This document shows, one piece after another, positions 1 through 10,686 of a stretch of DNA of 64,000 nt. The stretch covers positions 2,880,001 to 2,944,000 of the forward strand of contig OZ242358.1 in NCBI GenBank assembly GCA_965208835.1, written 5' to 3'. The notes beneath the pieces were generated by a model, which saw only the letters and a program-made list of their open reading frames with translations, had not been told where the DNA came from and did no database searches. This DNA is from Candidatus Latescibacterota bacterium. GTDB lineage: Bacteria > Latescibacterota > UBA2968 > GCA-2709665. A program made the position numbers and the translations under genes. How positions within the stretch are numbered: the first letter of the stretch is position 1; each line of letters opens with the position of its first letter.

Positions 1-1080
1 CTTTCGCGCACAATCCTGCCAGGTGTAACCGGCGGCACGACGCCGTCCGCTGGCCATAAGACGTTCCCGCAACCCGTCGTCTCGAATCAAACGGGTCATT
101 CCGCCGGCGATAGACTCCACGTCCATGGGATCGACAAGCACCGCCGCATCGCCGGCGATTTCCGAAAGAGATGACGCATCGGACGTCAACACCGGACAGC
201 CATTTGCCATCGCCTCGACAACCGGTAGCCCAAAACCCTCGGCAATGGATGGAAACGCGAAGAATACGGCTTCCTCAAAGCAGGCTCGAACCTGAGCATC
301 GCTCAGTTGCTCGGTAAATAGGACGTTTCGAGTGATCCCAAGGTTCCGGGTGAGTTCGGCCAGGCTGGCGTATCCGTCCCCGCGTCCGCTGATCAGCAGG
401 AACAGATCGGGACATTGTTTCGCAACCCGGCCGAAGGCCTCGATCAGTCGTCGGATATTCTTGTAAGGTTTCGTATTGCCCAGTGAGAAAATGAACCGGC
501 GGCCGCGGCAGATTTCGGGAAGGTCGCAGGCAACGCCGTTACCCGCACCGGACCCGTCGCTTCCGTGGTGTACAACCGTAAATTTGGAAGGCGACCCGGG
601 ATATCGCGCAATCGCGTCCTGCCGGGTCGTTTCAGAAACGGCAATCACGTGATGCGCTTTTCTTACGGATTCACCGATCCATGGACCCGCGAAGTGCCGC
701 GCCATCCAGCCGCGCCAGCGCGCTTCGTACGCAATATCCGGAAAATTGATCCAGATCAGGTCATGCAGGGTCAGCACAATCCTTCCGGCGCGGACGCCCA
801 GGGGAAGGAGATGAAAGAGACAATGGTATATGTCGGCCTGAAGCGGGTTCACAACCCTGGCCCCCCCGAGGAGATTTCGACCGGTTGAGATCCCGAATGG
901 AACCGCGATGTCCTCAAAGTTGTGCTGTACTACAATTGGACGCGGATAGGCCGCCCGCCTGAGCAGCAGGTATTCGTTGTGCCGGTCCAGCCGGGCAATT
1001 TCCCCGACCAGGCGGAACGCATATCGGCCGACGCCGGTTTCCACGTCCCGGACTTCGCGCGCGTCGATGCAGATTCTCAC
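1..1080 (-). CDS. Glycosyltransferase family 4 (GT-B fold); 3' end runs off the window
   Basis: Translated by hand (absent from the ORF track): GTG start after an AGGAGG RBS, MRICIDAR..TGVGRY, LTLHDLI, VIAVSETT, FPSIAEGFGLPVVEAMANGCPVLTSD (ExFGxxxxE GT4 motif). Confidence 0.9.
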   Translation of the reverse strand, partial: MRICIDAREVRDVETGVGRYAFRLVGEIARLDRHNEYLLLRRAAYPRPIVVQHNFEDIAVPFGISTGRNLLGGARVVNPLQADIYHCLFHLLPLGVRAGRIVLTLHDLIWINFPDIAYEARWRGWMARHFAGPWIGESVRKAHHVIAVSETTRQDAIARYPGSPSKFTVVHHGSDGSGAGNGVACDLPEICRGRRFIFSLGNTKPYKNIRRLIEAFGRVAKQCPDLFLLISGRGDGYASLAELTRNLGITRNVLFTEQLSDAQVRACFEEAVFFAFPSIAEGFGLPVVEAMANGCPVLTSDASSLSEIAGDAAVLVDPMDVESIAGGMTRLIRDDGLRERLMASGRRRAAGYTWQDCARK

Positions 1081-1094
1081 CAGGCCTCCTTTTG

Positions 1095-1304
1095 GAAGCT
1101 GTGGTAAAATTCCCAGCGGTTTTCGCGCGGCTGCAAACGCGTCGGTCTGCGTTGGACAAATCCACCCGTATCGAGAGGTCGAGGCTGCGCTTGCTCGCCT
1201 CTCTTAGGCGAATTCGCCCGTCGGCGCTGCACGCCCTTCGCGCCTCATAACCGACACCCTTTCGCACGCGCTCGGGAACGCACCGGGAATTTTATCACAG
1301 CTTC
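1095..1304. mobile_element. MITE family A, copy 1 (210 bp)
   Basis: Terminal inverted repeats GAAGCTGTGGTAAAATTCCC / GGGAATTTTATCACAGCTTC; homologous to 16635-16820; right flank TTA is the flippase stop codon. Confidence 0.8.
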
Positions 1305-2825
1305 TTACGAGAAGATGCGTCTGATCCGGCGATAGACTCGCAAGCCGAACTGCCTTTCTTCCGCTTCGATGCCGAGCAGAAGGAGAATCCCTCCGAAGCA
1401 CAGAAAGACCAGTGCCGCGTGGCCCAGCGCTTCCCACAGCGCTGCGGACGGCGCAGGAGGTCCATACACCATCATCAGTGCCGCGGTTGCGAAGCCGGCA
1501 AGCAACGGCTTGCAGAGCTTGACTGAAAACGCGTGAACTTTCAACCGGCGAAATACCCACCATGAGGAAAGCGCCGGCGACAGAACTGCCGTGAACGCGG
1601 CGCCGATCGCGGCGCCCGTTGGGCCGAACCGGCGCACCAGGACAAAAGTGCCAATCCCGCTGATCAGAAGCGTGACAATTCTGACGCCGATGAGCGCGTC
1701 GGGATGCCCGGTCATCACCAGAACATAGCCCGACAACCCCAGCAGAGCCGTTGCCGCTGCGCCGAGCAGCAGAATCAGCAGCCACGGGTACCCCGCAGGG
1801 AATTCGGGCCCCACGAAGGCGGCAATCTGCTTTCCGTTCAACGAGAACACGAGCAGAATGGGAATGGTGACCAGCGTAACCCAGCGCGTCACAAGTTTGA
1901 AGAATTCGTCCAGGCGCGAAATTTCTCCCCGCGCGTGGTATTCCGCGAAGAACGGGTTGGCAATCGGGTCGAAGGCGCCCGAGACGGCACGTATGATACC
2001 GGCCAGCTGGATCATCACGCCATACACCGCGATGGTTTCGGCTTCAATAAACGATCCGACAATCACGACGTCCAATCGACCGTTCAGTTCCGCGATCAGA
2101 TCGACCAGAAACAACGACAGCGTGAAACGAAACAGCGTGCGCTCTAATCCAATACCCTTCCCGGACCACGTTCGCCATGGATAAAATCTGAAAACCGGAA
2201 AAATGGAACAACAAAACACGATGGCTGTTGCAAACAGGTACGCCGCGCAGATTCCCGTAAGGTCCATACCGAGCAAGTAGAACAGGATCGCAAAACCGAT
2301 CAACAGGGCGGGTTCGGTAAGACCCTTGACGTACAGCTGGTATTCCATCACCTTGTGCGCGATCGGAACCTGCAGCAGCAACCCGCCGACGGTCTGGAAG
2401 AACACGACGAATGCCATCCATCGGAGTGCGATCTCCACCCGCTCCCGACCGATCACCCCCCCCAGTGCGTCGGAAAAGAGAAAGCAGCCCAGGCTCACCC
2501 CGAGGCTCAAGACACCTCCCGCGATCAGGGATGTTCTGACACACCCGAGGGCCCGTTGCTTCTCGCCCCTGGATTGATGATAGGCCACCTGCCGGAGCAA
2601 TGCCTTGTCAAGACCGAAAAACGCGAACCTGGAAAACAGATTCACCCACGTCCAGGCAAGATAGTAGAGGCCGTAGGAAGCGGTGGAAAAGAGACGCGCG
2701 GCAAGCAGATAAAATGCCGGGCGGCCCAGCTTCGAAAACAGCGCCAGTAGATTGACACCCACCCCGCGGGAGAGCGTCGCAAGATCCAGCGCATTTCGCG
2801 CCTCTTCCTCGTTCCGGTCAGCCAT
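1305..2825 (-). CDS. Oligosaccharide flippase (Wzx/MOP family)
   Basis: About 500 aa with many TM helices, YGLY..FGLDKALLR motif, lies between glycosyltransferases; ATG 2825 overlaps the upstream gene end. Confidence 0.85.
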   Translation of the reverse strand: MADRNEEEARNALDLATLSRGVGVNLLALFSKLGRPAFYLLAARLFSTASYGLYYLAWTWVNLFSRFAFFGLDKALLRQVAYHQSRGEKQRALGCVRTSLIAGGVLSLGVSLGCFLFSDALGGVIGRERVEIALRWMAFVVFFQTVGGLLLQVPIAHKVMEYQLYVKGLTEPALLIGFAILFYLLGMDLTGICAAYLFATAIVFCCSIFPVFRFYPWRTWSGKGIGLERTLFRFTLSLFLVDLIAELNGRLDVVIVGSFIEAETIAVYGVMIQLAGIIRAVSGAFDPIANPFFAEYHARGEISRLDEFFKLVTRWVTLVTIPILLVFSLNGKQIAAFVGPEFPAGYPWLLILLLGAAATALLGLSGYVLVMTGHPDALIGVRIVTLLISGIGTFVLVRRFGPTGAAIGAAFTAVLSPALSSWWVFRRLKVHAFSVKLCKPLLAGFATAALMMVYGPPAPSAALWEALGHAALVFLCFGGILLLLGIEAEERQFGLRVYRRIRRIFS

Positions 2826-3726
2826 TACGCCTCGCCGTCCCGCGGGAATTCCGGTACACACCGATACCCATCCGAATTCCCCTTGCCAGTGCCATCAGCT
2901 TCCGCGGCATCGTCCACCAGAATCCGAATGCGCCAAAGCGGCCGCGAAGAACGAAGAATCGCACGAACAGATTCAGAATAAAGTATGGCGTGAGCCGGCC
3001 GTCCAGGTGTTTCAGCCAGAAGTACATCTCGTTGGCATAGGTCAGCGGGTCGGCCGCCTGGTCCGTAACGCGGCAGCCTCCGAAGGGTGCCGCATGGTGA
3101 AAAATCACGGCTTCCGGTTCGAAAACCATGCCTCCATCCCCGGACTTGAGATAGCGGAGGCAGAAATCCGTCTCCTCGCGAAGCTGGCTGCCGGCGAACC
3201 GCTCGTCAAACCCCCCACAGCGCAACGCTTGTTTTCGAAGAAAGGAGAGATTGCCTCCCCCTCCGTGCGAGACGTTCCGGCGGCGGGTCGCGTAGAAATT
3301 TGAAATCACGTGACCATACCACGTCACCTCGCCGCAACGCCTCGGCTCCCGGCGTCCGCGGCTTCCCGAGCTTATAATTCGGCCGGCCACGCCACTGACG
3401 CATTCAGTTTCGTAGTTACGCATATGTTTTGAGATAAAATCGCAGGAAATATCAACGTCGTCGTCGAGACAGAGAATCACCTCCCCTCGAGCGATGTTCA
3501 TGCCCAGGTTCTTCGCTCTCGTCCCGCTTGCCACCTCCGTACGAACGTACCGGATGCGCGTGCGGTTGGAAGTCAGGAACGCCGTTACGTCCGGCGGGTG
3601 TCTGTCCGTCTGGTCGATGACGATGACTTCGAACGACGGGTAGGACTGGCGCAATACCTGCTCCAGCGTTTTCTTAAGAAATACCGAGCGGTTGTAAGTC
3701 GGGATAATGACCGATGCGTGTTTCAT
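2818..3726 (-). CDS. Glycosyltransferase family 2
   Basis: SVIIPTYNR, VIVIDQ, LCLDDD (DxD), GGFDERF..EETDFCLR. Confidence 0.92.
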   Translation of the reverse strand: MKHASVIIPTYNRSVFLKKTLEQVLRQSYPSFEVIVIDQTDRHPPDVTAFLTSNRTRIRYVRTEVASGTRAKNLGMNIARGEVILCLDDDVDISCDFISKHMRNYETECVSGVAGRIISSGSRGRREPRRCGEVTWYGHVISNFYATRRRNVSHGGGGNLSFLRKQALRCGGFDERFAGSQLREETDFCLRYLKSGDGGMVFEPEAVIFHHAAPFGGCRVTDQAADPLTYANEMYFWLKHLDGRLTPYFILNLFVRFFVLRGRFGAFGFWWTMPRKLMALARGIRMGIGVYRNSRGTARRNG

Positions 3727-3892
3727 ACTCGGAGGCAGTTCGATGGGGGTATCGGGCTTACGACGACGACGTCAGCCGGGTATCATCGGAAAAGAGGCGA
3801 GCTTACCCTGAAACCTGGCAGGTCAAATGCAACGGTACCGGTATTCGACGTATCTGCGCGCCGCGACAGCATAGAAGCGGACTTTACTTCAA

Positions 3893-4052
3893 CAGTCCGT
3901 TGATAAAGTCGCTCTCCAGGCGAGGCCGAGCCATTGTGGTCGAAGACAAGGCGCGTGACCGAGTCCCATCCTGCGATTCGGCGAGGGAGCGCAACGCAGT
4001 ATTTCGACCGCAAGGGCCGGCCGTAGCCCGGATGGGCTCTTTCAACGGGCTG
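3893..4052. mobile_element. MITE family B, copy 1 (160 bp)
   Basis: TIRs CAGTCCGTTGATAAAG / CTCTTTCAACGGGCTG; reverse-complement homology to 14639-14962 and 57725-57823; abuts the TAA stop of the glycosylase. Confidence 0.8.
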
Positions 4053-5138
4053 TTAACCTTCATCCAGCATGGGAAGTTCCGCCGACGGCGCGTTAGAGGC
4101 ACAGAACGAGATGACGCGGTCTTCCGGGGAAGGCCCGTTCAACTCTCTGTAGTAGGCGAAAAGGTACTCGTTCATATACCCGGCGGACCTGCCTCCGCGC
4201 GCTTCCGCCCACTCGCAGACCTTTCTGTCCGAACCATCGACATTGTACCATTCCCGGGCCAATTTGAGCACCCACGTATCCACGGGCACCGCATCCAGCC
4301 GTTCAAGGGCGAAGAGGTCTATACACTTGCCGACCTTCAGACCGACGCCCGTTCCGGCCTGTTTCTTCAGCGCATCCACGATTTCACGCCAGTCATCCAG
4401 GGTCAATTTCCCCGGTTCGCCTCTCGTGCGTTCGGAAACAAACCGGGCCGTTTCAGCCACGCGTTCAGACCGCCACCCGAAACGGTTGGACCTGAAATAC
4501 GGACCCTTCAGCCGGGCCAATGCATCGGGATCGGGAAACGTACAGTATTTTCTTCCCATATACGCCACTTCGCGACCCCACGATTCAGCCAGGAAATTCA
4601 CCCGCCGTTTGGTCAGATTCATATGGGCCTGCACCGACAGGATATACGAAATCACGCACTCGAAGGGCATTTGCCGAACAAAACGGAATCCTTTCAACAA
4701 ATCCCGTGCGCGGCGCAGATACCCGTCGCTTCGAGGGACGCGAATGCGGGGCCTTTCGTTCAATCTCAGGTACCACTCGAGAAATCCAGCAACCGACATC
4801 TCGCCCAGATAGGTGGCGACGCTCGACGCCCCCGCGCGATACATCAGCGTATCGCCGACCTGGCGCAGATGGAATACGGTGTCGTAGGCAACACCCTTCC
4901 ACCAACCGTCCACGTCGCGGCCCCAACGGAATACCTGTCCTCCTGCCAGCGTATACCCCAGGTTGAATTCCCTGGTTTCGATCCGGCCGGCTTCAGGTTG
5001 GCGCGAGGACGCGTGGTTGCCCCGCCGGTTCGCGACATGCCGCGCGCGCTCCCGCGCCGTGAGTCCCTGACGGCAATGCGTGATTGAAATTTCGCCCATT
5101 TCGCTATCCATTATAGGAATTTTGGCGGGAAGCGGCAA
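4053..5138 (-). CDS. 8-oxoguanine/alkylbase DNA glycosylase (OGG_N + HhH-GPD); true start probably downstream of 5138
   Basis: TLAGGQVFRW (OGG N-terminal), PFECVISYILS, GVGLKVGKCIDLF..VPVDTWV (HhH-GPD with catalytic Lys and Asp). Confidence 0.85.
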   Translation of the reverse strand: MPLPAKIPIMDSEMGEISITHCRQGLTARERARHVANRRGNHASSRQPEAGRIETREFNLGYTLAGGQVFRWGRDVDGWWKGVAYDTVFHLRQVGDTLMYRAGASSVATYLGEMSVAGFLEWYLRLNERPRIRVPRSDGYLRRARDLLKGFRFVRQMPFECVISYILSVQAHMNLTKRRVNFLAESWGREVAYMGRKYCTFPDPDALARLKGPYFRSNRFGWRSERVAETARFVSERTRGEPGKLTLDDWREIVDALKKQAGTGVGLKVGKCIDLFALERLDAVPVDTWVLKLAREWYNVDGSDRKVCEWAEARGGRSAGYMNEYLFAYYRELNGPSPEDRVISFCASNAPSAELPMLDEG

Positions 5139-5501
5139 GTTTCCAGTTCTTCCGGCGCTTTCGATGCGAGTCCACCGTATTTCTGCTGTTAAGCAGCGGT
5201 TCGGCCAGACCCGCGCCGGGACTCATGGATCGTCCGCAGTACACCCTACTGACTGGCTTTTCCAGGCGCACGTCCGTCTTGGGTCGAAATCGGGCACCGA
5301 CGCCGGAAATGCGCGGTACAGCTGCATTGCGGGACCCGTGCCGCAGTGTCCGACACCTCCAGGTAAATCGCAAATTGAAAACTTCATCGAACGATCCGTC
5401 ACTTGACTCTGTCGAAGTCTCCGGTTATTTTTGGAATGCCACCGCCTGCACGTCGCAAAGACGCCTGAAAACGCCCTCGCTTTGCAAGAACAGGACTCCG
5501 C

Positions 5502-7871
5502 GTGGACACGCCAGATCGACTCACTTCGGAAACGCCATTTCTCGAAGAAATCCCCGAAGAGGTTCTCGCCGCTACCCATAACGTTCTCGGACCGGACGAG
5601 GCAATCCTTCTTTCCGTCGCTACGGATCTCCGTTTCGACGGTTCCTACGGGGCGGCATGGCTCGTTGCGACCGGGAGCCGGCTGATTGGAATCAGCCCGT
5701 CGGATTCGGGGCATCCGGAGACCGTCAGCGTTCCCCTGGTGGACATCGAACGCGTGGAAGTCAGGGAACTCTACGGCAGCGGCGTGCTCAGGGTATCGAC
5801 CCCCGGAGGCGGCGCCTCCCTCGCCTTTTTTACCAAGTCCCTGCTGTCCAGGTTTACGCAGATTCCCACCCGGATCGAGCAACTTGTCCGGCAGGCCAAA
5901 CCCGTACCGGATGACACGCACATTGCAAGCTCCACCGTGGAGGTATTCGCCGGCCGCAAGAAGCGGTGTGAAAGGTGTCAGCAGGTGATCCCGCACTGGA
6001 TGGGCGTATGTCCGATGTGCCTGGACTCCCGAAAGCTGTTTTTCCGCCTCCTCGGTTACGCAAAGCCCTATTGGCAGATGGCGGCGGGCAGCCTCCTCCT
6101 GCTGCTGACCGCCACGTTTATCGGCCTGACGCCGCCACTACTGATGCGGACCCTTATAGATGACGTCCTTGTGGCCGACTGGAGCGGCTCGACGCCCGCG
6201 GCGTCCCTGATTCCTGCCGATCCCCGTTCTTCCGGTACAAGAAGCCAGGCGGCGGACCCGGCACCTCGGGGCGGGACCGACAGGCGCACGATGCTTGGCG
6301 TGCTGGTGCTGCTCCTTCTGCTGGTCAACATTTCCCGCAACGGGCTCAGCGCCGTTCGCACGTTTCTGCTGGCAAAGCTCGGTCAGAGAATCACCTTCGA
6401 CCTTCGCAAGGAAGTGTACCGGCATCTCCATTATCTCTCGCTGAGTTTCTACAATGAACGGGAAACCGGGCGCATCATGTCGAATATCACGCAGGATGTG
6501 AGTCGGCTTCAGGATTTCATCTCGGACGGCCTCCAGGAAATCATCCGGGATATGGCCACCATCGTCATCATCTGTATCATTCTCTTTTCGCTCAATCCCG
6601 CACTCGCGGCGTTCGTCCTTCTGCCCACTCCCCTGCTAATCCTGTTTACGCGGTACTTCGGACGCAGGCTGCATGATCTTTATCATGGTCTCTGGCGCCG
6701 GTGGGCGGACATCCACGCTCTGCTGGCCGATACGATACCCGGGGTGCGCGTCGTCAAGGCCTTTGCCCAGGAAAAGCGTGAGGTGAGCAAGTTCGAGAAC
6801 AGGAGTTGGGGCCTGCTCTCGGGCGAAATCCGCGTAGCGAGGGTGCGAAGCATCTTTACACCCATAATGACGTTCCTCACCTCTCTGGGTACCCTTATCA
6901 TCTGGTGGATGGGCGGAAACAAAGTCCTGGGCGGCAGCCTGTCGATCGGCGAATTCGTCGCGTTCACGGGTTATATGTGGCAATTTTACGGTCCCGTGGA
7001 AAGTCTTTGCCGACTCAACCACCGTTTCCAGCGCGCGGCAACCTCTGCCGAACGGATATTCGAGGTCCTCGATACGCAATCCGACGTCGCGGACCGGCCC
7101 GGGGCTGTTTCACTGCCGCGACTCTCGGGATCGGTGGAATTCTCCAGCGTCACGTTCTCGTATGAACCCGGCAAACCTATTCTCAGAGATCTGAATTTCA
7201 GGGTGGAACCGGGGGAGATGATCGGCCTCGCCGGTCACAGCGGCGCAGGCAAGAGTACCCTCATCAACCTGATCTGCCGCTTTTACGATGTCCAGAAAGG
7301 GACAATCCGGGTCGACGGACGGGACGTCCGGGAAGTCTCACTGAAGACCCTCAGGGCCCAGATCGGCGTGGTGCTTCAGGATCCGTTTCTGTTCAATGGT
7401 TCCGTTGCGGAGAACATCGGCTACGGCAAACCCGGCGCCTCGCTGGATGAGATTGTCGCAGCCGCAAAAGCCGCGAATGCACACGATTTCATTTTGGATT
7501 TTCCGGAAGGCTACGACACGTCGGTGGGCGAACGGGGACTTCGCGTCTCGGGAGGTGAACGCCAGCGCCTTTCCATCGCCCGCGCAATATTGAGGAACCC
7601 ACGCATTCTTATCCTGGACGAAGCAACGGCCAGCGTTGACACGGAAACCGAAGCACAGATCCAGGACGCCATTGCCCGTCTGATCACCGGCAGAACCACC
7701 TTCGCAATTGCCCATCGCCTTTCGACGCTCAGAAATGCCAACCGTCTGCTTATCCTTGACAAGGGCGAACTGGCGGAGATGGGCACGCACGACGACCTGA
7801 TCAGGCAGGACGGGATTTATGCCCGCCTGTGCCGCATGCAAACCGAAATGTCCAAATTGCGAGCCTGGTAA
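5502..7871 (+). CDS. ABC exporter (fused permease + ATPase) with N-terminal extension and CxxC...CxxC knuckle
   Basis: Walker A GHSGAGKS, signature VSGGERQR, Walker B ILILDEAT, H-loop IAHRLST; about 180-aa extra N-terminus. Confidence 0.93.
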   Translation: MDTPDRLTSETPFLEEIPEEVLAATHNVLGPDEAILLSVATDLRFDGSYGAAWLVATGSRLIGISPSDSGHPETVSVPLVDIERVEVRELYGSGVLRVSTPGGGASLAFFTKSLLSRFTQIPTRIEQLVRQAKPVPDDTHIASSTVEVFAGRKKRCERCQQVIPHWMGVCPMCLDSRKLFFRLLGYAKPYWQMAAGSLLLLLTATFIGLTPPLLMRTLIDDVLVADWSGSTPAASLIPADPRSSGTRSQAADPAPRGGTDRRTMLGVLVLLLLLVNISRNGLSAVRTFLLAKLGQRITFDLRKEVYRHLHYLSLSFYNERETGRIMSNITQDVSRLQDFISDGLQEIIRDMATIVIICIILFSLNPALAAFVLLPTPLLILFTRYFGRRLHDLYHGLWRRWADIHALLADTIPGVRVVKAFAQEKREVSKFENRSWGLLSGEIRVARVRSIFTPIMTFLTSLGTLIIWWMGGNKVLGGSLSIGEFVAFTGYMWQFYGPVESLCRLNHRFQRAATSAERIFEVLDTQSDVADRPGAVSLPRLSGSVEFSSVTFSYEPGKPILRDLNFRVEPGEMIGLAGHSGAGKSTLINLICRFYDVQKGTIRVDGRDVREVSLKTLRAQIGVVLQDPFLFNGSVAENIGYGKPGASLDEIVAAAKAANAHDFILDFPEGYDTSVGERGLRVSGGERQRLSIARAILRNPRILILDEATASVDTETEAQIQDAIARLITGRTTFAIAHRLSTLRNANRLLILDKGELAEMGTHDDLIRQDGIYARLCRMQTEMSKLRAW

Positions 7872-7913
7872 ACCGGAGCGATTTCGGGCCGATCACAAAT
7901 TCCGCGAGTCGTT

Positions 7914-8420
7914 ATGCAGGAAGAATACCACCTCGAGCAGGAACTCTCGCTGCTGGATCCCGGGCAGATACGACTCAGTCTGGATGAATACAACGATCTG
8001 ATCCTGGAAAATCCCGACGGCAGGCAGCCGGTTACGGCGCATCGTGCATTTCCGCTCACGTCTGCCGGTCAATTCATCGTATTTAAGGGTGACGACGGCG
8101 CGGAGGTTGGCATTATCCGCGATATTCAAGGCCTGGACGAAGAAAGCCGCGCCATCCTCGAGTCCGACCTGGAACGCACCTACTTCGCGCCGGTCATCCT
8201 TCAGGTACATAGACTTGAAGAAAATTTCCACATTCCGAAATGGGACGTTGAAACCGACAGCGGTCACCGTGTCTTCGAGGTCCGCAGCCGAAGACGCGAC
8301 ATTCGCATCATGCCCGGGGGCCGCATCCTCCTGAAAGACGCCGACGGGAACCGGTACGAGATTCCCGATTACAGAAAACTGGATCCGGTCAGCCGCGCGT
8401 TTGTGGAAACATTGATCTGA
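7914..8420 (+). CDS. DUF1854-like protein
   Basis: HRAFPLT..EVGII..YFAPVI..WDVETDSG..DADGNRYEIPD pattern; immediately downstream of this ABC exporter type. Confidence 0.75.
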   Translation: MQEEYHLEQELSLLDPGQIRLSLDEYNDLILENPDGRQPVTAHRAFPLTSAGQFIVFKGDDGAEVGIIRDIQGLDEESRAILESDLERTYFAPVILQVHRLEENFHIPKWDVETDSGHRVFEVRSRRRDIRIMPGGRILLKDADGNRYEIPDYRKLDPVSRAFVETLI

Positions 8421-8637
8421 TCGCCGGCGGTACAGCTGAAAGTCGCACGACACGTGCGCAAAAAGGTTGTCCCGCAATCAGGCCGGTCTTCGGCTTGCGC
8501 CATCCCTTTGTTCCCGCCCGCGCGAATGGACTCGCCAGGGACTTTCTGACGCTGCTGTCCGTTGCGTTTCTGAGCTTTCGGTCGTATATTTGTCCAGACG
8601 CCCGTACCCACCGTTCCGAAACACAGGAGATGTCCCG

Positions 8638-10488
8638 ATGGATACCACCGCACGCGGCACGGCGCCGGCCTCGCTCGACGGCGAGATGATCCCTCAGGCG
8701 CCCACGGACGACATCGATCCAGACAGCCTTGTCTATCACCGGCTCTGCCGGGCGGATGATCTCAGCGAAGGCGAGGGCAAGCCGTTTACTGTCAACGGTT
8801 CGCATATCGCCGTCTTCCTGGACAACGGCGAATTTCAGGCCGTTGACAATCGCTGTCCGCACATGGGCTATCCCATGTCCAAGGGCAGCGTCCGGGACGG
8901 AGTCCTCATCTGTCACTGGCATCACTGGGAGTTCGATCTGAAAACCGGTGGCTGTTTTGAGACCTCAGGCTCGGGAAACGACCTGAAGAGCTTTCCCGTG
9001 GAGGTGAGAAAAGACGGTTTCCTCTACATCGGAGTGGCCGCAGACGAACAGCAGGCGGCACGCAAGCGAATGATCGACCGGGGCCGGTATATCCTGGAAC
9101 AGGGATTGAAAGATCGAAGCTCGCTCATCATCGCCAAGGGCGTGACCGCCCTGCGTCATGCGGGCGCGCCACCGCAGGAAATTATCCAACAGGGCCTGTT
9201 TTACGGATCGTACAAGACGACGGACGGCTTCTCCTCGGGTCTGGCCATCCTGGCGCTCTGCGCCAACCTCTGGCACGACATCGCTGACCGGGATTACAAC
9301 CTTTTCCTCGTACACGGCCTTGTTCAGATTTCACGGCGCACCACCGGCGGTTCCCGCCGACAGGGGTTTCCCTTTCCGAAGGCAACGGACGAGCCCGACC
9401 TGGAAACGTACAAACGCTGGTTTAGGCGACTGGTGGAACAGCGCAACAGTAGCGCCGCGCAGCGAATTCTGATCACCTTAAACGACCGCGGTTTTCCAAA
9501 GGAGGCCATTGCCGACATCGTTTTCACCGCCGCAACCGACTATTACTTCACCGGCGACGGCCATGCGCTGGACTTCGCCAACAAGCTATTCGAAGCTCTC
9601 GACTACGTTGAATGGCAAGGGGCAAGCGAAATACTTCGCCCGATCGTGATCGACCTCGTCACCCGCACCCGCCACGAAGAAACGGCCCGCTGGCAGGAAA
9701 GCGTGCCGGTTCTGGAAGATATCTTCACGCGTCTGGACGAAATCTGGCGAGAAAACAGGAAGAACCAAGCCCCCCTGGACGTTTCGGCACTCGCACGAGT
9801 CATGCTTGGCGAAGACGAACGGCCCATCGTCTCGGAAATCGAAGCCCTTCTTCGGCAGGGAGTCGATCCTGCGGAAATCTGCAGATCCATGGTCTACGCC
9901 AGCGCCGTCCGCACGGCCCGCTTTCACCTGAAGAACGAAGGGGACTGGCACGACGTGGCCAATATCTACTCCTACGCGCACGCGCTCTATCGTGCAATTC
10001 AACGGGCCCCGTCGAGAGAGCTGCTTCGCGGGATCTTTCACGGCGCGGTATTTCTCACCTATCTGCGCTGGCTCAATATGCCCGCCGCCCGCGTACCGAA
10101 GCCCGGCCAGCGTTTGAACGGCTCGTTCGAATCAGAATCACAGATGCTAGATCGGCTGCGGGAATTCGCGGACTTTCAGAAGGTATACGAAGCCGAGATA
10201 CTTGTAAACCAGTACCTGGAGGAAGGCCGCGATATTACCCGACTCAAACACGCCCTCGCCCACATTATGCTCAGGGAAGACGCTGAATTGCATATGTTTC
10301 AGGTCCTGGAGGTGGCCTTCCGGCATTTCGACATCACCGACGACCCTGAAGAAAAGCGGATGCATCTGCTTGCGGCCACCCGGTACATTACCGCCCAGAA
10401 GGTCATGAAGGCCATTCTATGGTCTACCGAGAACGCGGAACGACTCCAGCGCGGCGATCTGTTGAGCGAACGGGAAGACGACAATTAG
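8638..10488 (+). CDS. Rieske [2Fe-2S] domain fused to a large helical domain of unknown function
   Basis: NRCPHMGYP...CHWHHWEFD Rieske motif; AGGAG RBS before ATG 8638. Confidence 0.85.
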   Translation: MDTTARGTAPASLDGEMIPQAPTDDIDPDSLVYHRLCRADDLSEGEGKPFTVNGSHIAVFLDNGEFQAVDNRCPHMGYPMSKGSVRDGVLICHWHHWEFDLKTGGCFETSGSGNDLKSFPVEVRKDGFLYIGVAADEQQAARKRMIDRGRYILEQGLKDRSSLIIAKGVTALRHAGAPPQEIIQQGLFYGSYKTTDGFSSGLAILALCANLWHDIADRDYNLFLVHGLVQISRRTTGGSRRQGFPFPKATDEPDLETYKRWFRRLVEQRNSSAAQRILITLNDRGFPKEAIADIVFTAATDYYFTGDGHALDFANKLFEALDYVEWQGASEILRPIVIDLVTRTRHEETARWQESVPVLEDIFTRLDEIWRENRKNQAPLDVSALARVMLGEDERPIVSEIEALLRQGVDPAEICRSMVYASAVRTARFHLKNEGDWHDVANIYSYAHALYRAIQRAPSRELLRGIFHGAVFLTYLRWLNMPAARVPKPGQRLNGSFESESQMLDRLREFADFQKVYEAEILVNQYLEEGRDITRLKHALAHIMLREDAELHMFQVLEVAFRHFDITDDPEEKRMHLLAATRYITAQKVMKAILWSTENAERLQRGDLLSEREDDN

Positions 10489-10686
10489 CCTCAATCCGAA
10501 GAAAACAGCAACGCGGCGTCGCGAAAAAACCCTCCGAAACGGGGCAATATCGACGTATAGAATGACGTTTTTTCCCTTCACGTCCAGGGACCTGGTGTAT
10601 CCTGGTAATCCGCCGTTTAATCGCCTTTATTTACAAGCACATATTCGAATTAACGTCCCCGAAGACTTGCGAATCCAGGTTAGGGT

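Noticed and set aside
3714-5087. 457-aa plus-strand ORF
   Set aside because: Antisense shadow of the glycosylase plus a MITE, with no recognisable motifs; common in GC-rich DNA.
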